Below, one piece after another: positions 59,424 to 64,000 of a stretch of 64,000 nt of DNA; within the stretch, counting starts at the first letter, position 1, and each line of letters starts with the position of its first letter. The stretch is from an uncultured Chloroflexia bacterium (GTDB lineage: Bacteria; Chloroflexota; Limnocylindria; Limnocylindrales; CSP1-4). The stretch is from NCBI GenBank assembly GCA_963807035.1, contig CAWEAL010000003.1:569782-633781 (forward strand), read 5' to 3'. The translations under genes and the position numbers were made by a program. The notes below the pieces were generated by a model. It saw only the letters and a list, made by a program, of their open reading frames with translations, had not been told where the DNA came from and searched no databases.

Positions 59424-60836
59424 ATGGTCCAGCCCGCGGCGATCGATCGGTCCACCGGTGCTGCCTTCCTGCGCGCGGTGAGCGCCACCCTGCCGAACGT
59501 CCAGCTGCTCACCGATCCGCTCGACCTCGAGTCCTATCGACGCGACGAGACGGCCTACCTCGAGCCGCCGCCGCCCCTGGCCGTGGCACTGCCAACCGCG
59601 ACGCCCGAGGTCGCCGGGCTCGTCCGGCTGGCCGCCGAGCATCGCGTCCCGATCGTGCCCCGGGGCGCCGGGAGCGGCCTCAGCGGAGGGGCCACCTCGG
59701 TGGCCGGCGGCCTCACGATCTCGTTCATGCGGATGAACCGGGTTCTCGAGATCGATCGGCAGAACCTCGTCGTCGTCACGCAGCCGGGGGTCCTCAATGC
59801 CGCCCTGAAACGGGCAGTCGCCGCCGAGGGCCTGTTCTATGCGCCCGATCCGGCGAGCACCGAGATCTGCTCGATCGGCGGTAACCTGGGCACGAACGCC
59901 GGCGGCCTGTGCTGCCTGAAATACGGCGTCACCCGCGACGCGGTGGTCGGCCTGGAGATCGTGACGGCGGCCGGCGAGGTCGTCCGGCTCGGCGGGAAGA
60001 CGACCAAGGACGTCGCCGGCTATGGCCTGATCCCGCTGATCGTCGGCTCGCAGGGCACCCTCGCCCTGATCACCGAGGCGACCCTTCGGCTGCGGCCGAC
60101 GCCGCCGCCGAAGGCGACCCTGCTCGCCTTCTTCCCAAGCCTCGTCTCGGCCGGCGACGCGGTCTCGGCGCTGGCTGCCGCCGGGGTCGAGCCGTGCACC
60201 CTCGAGCTGATGGACCGGACGACGATCCGGGCGGTCGACGACGACCACCACCTCGGCCTCGACCGGGATGCCGCGGCGATGCTGATGATCGAGTCGGACC
60301 TGCCCGGGAGCGCGGCAAGGCGTGCCCTCGAGCTGGCCGAGGCGGCCTGCCTCGGAGCCGGCGCCGGCTCGACGATCGTGGCCGCCGACATGGCCGAGGC
60401 TGACATGCTCCGGCAGGCGCGTCGGCTCGCGTTCAACTCGATGGAGCGCCTCGGGGTGGCCCGGATGGAGGACGTCGGCGTGCCCCGCGGCCGGGTTCCC
60501 GAGCTGCTCGCCGAGGTCGAACGCATCGGCCTGGAGCATGGCCTGACGATCGCCACGTTCGGCCACGTCGGGGACGGCAACCTCCATCCGAACATCATCC
60601 TCGAGCGGGACGACCCGGACGGTGAGGCGAAGCTCCGCCGCGCTTGCGACGCTCTCTACCGGGCCGCGATCGCCCTCGGCGGGACGGTCACCGCGGAGCA
60701 CGGTATCGGGGCCTCCCGGCGCGACTACCTCGAGCTCCAGCGGGGAAGCGGCGCGGTCGCCCTGATGCGGGCGGTCAAGGCTGCCCTCGATCCGCTCGGC
60801 ATCCTGAATCCGGGCAAGGTCCTGCCGGACGCCTGA
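59424..60836 (+). CDS. FAD-linked oxidase, GlcD/D-lactate dehydrogenase family
   Basis: PRGAGSGLSGG, YAPDPAS, SIGGN..TNAGG..CLKYG, GSQGTL, GHVGDGNLHP, AEHGIG, LNPGK. Confidence 0.93.
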   Translation: MVQPAAIDRSTGAAFLRAVSATLPNVQLLTDPLDLESYRRDETAYLEPPPPLAVALPTATPEVAGLVRLAAEHRVPIVPRGAGSGLSGGATSVAGGLTISFMRMNRVLEIDRQNLVVVTQPGVLNAALKRAVAAEGLFYAPDPASTEICSIGGNLGTNAGGLCCLKYGVTRDAVVGLEIVTAAGEVVRLGGKTTKDVAGYGLIPLIVGSQGTLALITEATLRLRPTPPPKATLLAFFPSLVSAGDAVSALAAAGVEPCTLELMDRTTIRAVDDDHHLGLDRDAAAMLMIESDLPGSAARRALELAEAACLGAGAGSTIVAADMAEADMLRQARRLAFNSMERLGVARMEDVGVPRGRVPELLAEVERIGLEHGLTIATFGHVGDGNLHPNIILERDDPDGEAKLRRACDALYRAAIALGGTVTAEHGIGASRRDYLELQRGSGAVALMRAVKAALDPLGILNPGKVLPDA

Positions 60837-60869
60837 CGGCGGGCCTGCAGGGGCGCGCGCGGTCGTGCT

Positions 60870-61535
60870 CTACACCCACCAGGTCGCGAGATCGGCCACG
60901 ACGTGGGCGATCGCCGGGGCCGCCACGCTGCCCGAGGAGAGCCGCAACCCGGCCAGCAGGACGCCGACGCCGAGGTCGAGGGGCACGACGTGCCAGCCGT
61001 ACAGCGGGACGTGGATCAGGGCGAAGCCCACGCTCGTGACCAGGATCGCCGTCACGAGCCCGGCCAGTCCATCTCCCGCCGCCCCGGCGGCCGCCTCGAC
61101 TGCGTCGAACAGGGCTCCCCGCAGGACGAGCTCCTCGGCGCTCGCCACGATGATCGTGATCAGCGCCCATGGGCCGAACTCGGCCCGGGGGACGACCTGC
61201 AGGGGCAGCCCCGCCAGGCGGCTCGCCCCGATCGCCAGGCCGACCAGGGCGACCGCGCCGGCCATGCCGATGAGCACGGCACCCGGCCGGATCGGCGCCG
61301 GCCGGCTCCCGGCGGTCCAGGCCAGGCCGGCCAGGGCCAGCCCGAACAGCGCGCCGACGAGGAGCGCCGGGGCGGCCTGCTCGGTCGCCGCCCAGCGGGC
61401 TCCGACGATCGCGGCCAGCCCGACCCCGACCACGATCGGCCGGGCGGGTCCGCTGGTCCAGGTCGCGCGCCGGCTCCGCCGGGCGGCCCCGCTCCGCCCG
61501 GCGCCGGCCGCGACCGTGCCCTCGGTCCGGGTCAT
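60870..61535 (-). CDS. CPBP (Abi/CAAX) intramembrane glutamic endopeptidase
   Basis: AEELVLRG, FALIH, AH motifs; multiple TMs. Confidence 0.88.
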   Translation of the reverse strand: MTRTEGTVAAGAGRSGAARRSRRATWTSGPARPIVVGVGLAAIVGARWAATEQAAPALLVGALFGLALAGLAWTAGSRPAPIRPGAVLIGMAGAVALVGLAIGASRLAGLPLQVVPRAEFGPWALITIIVASAEELVLRGALFDAVEAAAGAAGDGLAGLVTAILVTSVGFALIHVPLYGWHVVPLDLGVGVLLAGLRLSSGSVAAPAIAHVVADLATWWV

Positions 61536-61544
61536 CGACCAGGC

Positions 61545-62945
61545 TCAGCGCGGCAGCGGCACGAACTTGATCGACGCCGTGGCGTACGTCGGCGGCCAGA
61601 CGTAGGCGTACTGCTGGACCGCCTGCCACTGCCAGATCACCGCCGTCGCCCGCAGGTTCTGGCCAACCGACCCGGGTGCGTCGGAGAAGCGCACCCCGGC
61701 CCCGTTCGGCAGGCTGCCGCTCGGCAGGTCGAGGCCGCGTGCGGCGGTCGCGATCGAGGTCGGGCTGATCGACGAGCGGGCCGCCACCGGCAGGACGTCG
61801 TCGAAGAGCACCCAGGCGGCAGAGAAGCCGGACAGGGCCTCTTCGCTCGGTCCGGCGGCCGCCGAAGTCTCGCCGATCGGGCCGACGATCACCGGGGCGC
61901 TGGCGCCCGGCTCGGGACCGTAGCCGGATTCGGAGGAGGAGTAGCTGTCGTCCGGGGCGGTGGAGGGATTGTCCTGGGCCCATGCCGCCGCCAGCCGGTC
62001 GTAGAGGGCCCGGGCGTCCGGATCGAGGGCGCTCGGCTGGAAGCCTCCGGTCGGCCGGTCGGAGGCGAAGATGCCGATCGCATCGGCGCCCAGCTCACCC
62101 GCGAAGTCGGGCGAGCACTCGGCCATCGTCGAGCCGATCAGGGCCTGGACCCTGAGGCCCGCGCCGAGCATCGCCTGGCGAAAGGCGACGCCATCGGCGA
62201 TGTCGGAGGCGAGGATGATCACGGATGGCTTCGCCGCGGCCAGCTCAGCCATCACCCGCGGCCAGTTGGGGTAGCTCAGGTTGTACGTCTGCTCGTCGAC
62301 GATCTGCGTGCCGGCGGCGCGTGCGGTGGCCGTCGCGGCCGCGGCAACCGACTGGGGATAGGGATCGTCGGCGGCCACGATCGCCAGGCGCAACCCGGCC
62401 GGGGTCGTCCCCAGCCGCGGCGCCAGCTGCGCAGCGGCAAAGGTCGCCGAGCTGTTGCCCAGGTTCGACCCGCTGGCACCGACCCGGAACACGAGGGGCA
62501 GGCCACGGCCGGTCAGCTGGTCGGCAACGGCGCCGGCCTCCCAGTAGACCAGGCCGGCCTGGTCGGCAGCCGCCGCGGCCGGGATCGACAGGTCGGACGA
62601 GTAGGCCCCGATCACGGCCGAGACGCCGTCGGAGCGCAGCGAGGCCATCACGCCCGGGGCGGCGTCGCCCGATTCGAGGTCGCGGATGTCGAGGACGACC
62701 CGGCGCCCGCCGATCCCGCCGTCGGCATTGACGAAGTCGGCCGCCAGCTGGACCCCGCGCAGCTCCTGGAGGGCGAGTGGCGCGGCATTGCCGGTGGTCG
62801 GGAAGACCGCCCCGATCCGGATCGGGGCATCGGCGGCCGCGCCCGACCCCGATGCGCCAGGGCTGCCGAGCGGAACCTGGGCCGCACAACCGGCGAGCAG
62901 GAACGCGACGGCGACGACGAGACTGCGACGAACGAGTGACGGCAT
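61545..62945 (-). CDS. LivJ/LivK-type ABC substrate-binding lipoprotein
   Basis: Lipobox LAGC, IRIGAVFPTTG, VNADGGIGGR, VIGAYSS, VFR, VIWQWQ..YVWP. Confidence 0.87.
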   Translation of the reverse strand: MPSLVRRSLVVAVAFLLAGCAAQVPLGSPGASGSGAAADAPIRIGAVFPTTGNAAPLALQELRGVQLAADFVNADGGIGGRRVVLDIRDLESGDAAPGVMASLRSDGVSAVIGAYSSDLSIPAAAAADQAGLVYWEAGAVADQLTGRGLPLVFRVGASGSNLGNSSATFAAAQLAPRLGTTPAGLRLAIVAADDPYPQSVAAAATATARAAGTQIVDEQTYNLSYPNWPRVMAELAAAKPSVIILASDIADGVAFRQAMLGAGLRVQALIGSTMAECSPDFAGELGADAIGIFASDRPTGGFQPSALDPDARALYDRLAAAWAQDNPSTAPDDSYSSSESGYGPEPGASAPVIVGPIGETSAAAGPSEEALSGFSAAWVLFDDVLPVAARSSISPTSIATAARGLDLPSGSLPNGAGVRFSDAPGSVGQNLRATAVIWQWQAVQQYAYVWPPTYATASIKFVPLPR

Positions 62946-62992
62946 GCGAGGCTCTCCCGGTGGCGTTGCTGGCTGAGTGTGCTGCGCCTGGC

Positions 62993-63820
62993 TCATCGGC
63001 GCTTGCGCTTGCCCCGGCCGGCCGGCAGGTCGGCCGGCCCGCGCCGAGCCACCGCCGGGCGCCCCCGAGGCTCCGGCCGGCGCCGGCGGCGGATCAGGAG
63101 GAGGCCCGCGCCCGCCAGGATCGCCGTGACCACGATCGCCAGGGCTGCTGCCTGGCCGAAGCCCAGGCCCGACCCGGCGGCGGCCACGAGGGCGAAGTCG
63201 CCGCTGCCGCCGGTCATCGCGATGAAGAATGCCGGGGTTCCGGACGGGGATGACGCGAGCTGGACCCAGGTTCCCCCGGTGTACTGGGCGAAGACGGCCT
63301 CGCTCGCCGCGTCGGGGGCGCGCAGGACGAGGGTCACGTCGGTCCCCGGCCGGGTCGCGAGCGGCGAACCCGCCTGGTCGGTGACCGCGAACCGGTAGAC
63401 GTTGCCGAGGATCGGGCCGACGGTCGATTCCGCGGGAGCCCGGATCGGGCGGATCGTGACCGTCACCGACGTCGAGCCCGGCACGAGGGCGAAGGCACCC
63501 GGCGCGGCGATCAACTGGGCCTGTGGTGGCGATTCGCCCGTCGCCGCGTTGAACCCGGGACTGGCCCCGTTGACCAGCGATTCGGTGACTGTGGCCGACG
63601 TGGGCGAGCCCGGCTGGCCGGGGGCGGGTTCCACGTAGCGGTACGGCCCGAGGACGGTCAAGCCATCGAACAGGGGCGCGACAACGGGCGAGACGGCCTG
63701 GGTGACGGCGATCAGGATGAGGCCGGCCGCCACCACCGGCCAGGCAGCCCGGCCCGGTCGCCCGGCTCGCGAGGCCGGCCCGGAGGGGCCCGGATCGCGG
63801 TGGATCGTCAGGGGCCTCAA
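62993..63820 (-). CDS. Hypothetical exported protein with a C-terminal TM and Arg cluster (start uncertain)
   Basis: N-terminal hydrophobic segment, Pro/Ser/Thr-rich body, C-terminal TM followed by RRRRR; TTGA overlap with the upstream gene. Confidence 0.7.
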   Translation of the reverse strand: MRPLTIHRDPGPSGPASRAGRPGRAAWPVVAAGLILIAVTQAVSPVVAPLFDGLTVLGPYRYVEPAPGQPGSPTSATVTESLVNGASPGFNAATGESPPQAQLIAAPGAFALVPGSTSVTVTIRPIRAPAESTVGPILGNVYRFAVTDQAGSPLATRPGTDVTLVLRAPDAASEAVFAQYTGGTWVQLASSPSGTPAFFIAMTGGSGDFALVAAAGSGLGFGQAAALAIVVTAILAGAGLLLIRRRRRPEPRGRPAVARRGPADLPAGRGKRKRR

Positions 63821-64000
63821 TGGACCGTGAAGAAGACCTCGGGCGACCAGACCCGGGGATCGAACGGGGCATGATCGGCCGCCACGAACTCGGCCTTCAG
63901 GACGTAGGTGCCGGGATGGATCGGCAGGCTCTGGGTGAGGCCGTAGTTCATCGACACGAGGACGTTGTCGACGTACAGGTGGACATGCCCGGTGGTCGGG
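63817..64000 (-). CDS. 3' end of a protein with GHVHLYVD and ADH motifs (DUF4399-like, putative metal binding)
   Basis: My translation: PTTGHVHLYVDNVLVSMNYG...PGTYVLKAEFVAADHAPFDPRVWSPEVFFTVH*. Confidence 0.6.
   Translation of the reverse strand, partial: PTTGHVHLYVDNVLVSMNYGLTQSLPIHPGTYVLKAEFVAADHAPFDPRVWSPEVFFTVH

Noticed and set aside
1-64000. tRNA, rRNA, prophage, IS or defence systems
   Set aside because: No cloverleaf, rRNA, transposase, integrase, phage or defence signatures recognised by eye; a tRNAscan/HMM run would be needed to exclude them formally.

Overview
A GC-rich (roughly 70%, estimated by eye) bacterial chromosomal segment made up almost entirely of housekeeping and metabolic genes. 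No rRNA, tRNA, CRISPR array, transposase, integrase or phage genes are visible. The gene content has an actinobacteria-like flavour; a Chloroflexota (Limnocylindria/Ellin6529-like) origin is my inference only. Main content: ppk1, an ABC exporter, an S9 peptidase, deoC plus a split ALDH pair interrupted by a TPP-riboswitch thiamine-precursor ABC unit, a large repeat-bearing secreted protein, arg biosynthesis genes (argCJBRG with tandem ARG boxes; argH-add), trxB, an F420 cluster (cofD/C/E, two LLM and one PPOX enzyme), a DoxX-Rieske fusion, an EAL protein, mtnP, an IMPase, pncA, aceE, an amidinotransferase/ArgE/aminotransferase group, the MSMEG_4193-DUF3090-SCO1664 trio, an acyl-CoA synthetase and a GlcD-like oxidase. 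Dense single-base indels at about 7.6-9.1, 12.5-12.9, 24-32 and 39.6 kb look like sequencing errors. Most notable: (1) a perfect LexA-type box (GAAC-N4-GTTC) in a promoter that drives a structured, pseudoknot-capable leader and a small Cys4 protein; (2) an ATP-ligase-like protein lacking its catalytic residues but starting with a sliding-clamp-binding-like peptide; (3) a DoxX-Rieske fusion with an internal twin-arginine motif; (4) pervasive leaderless gene starts. All family assignments come from motif recognition, not database searches.
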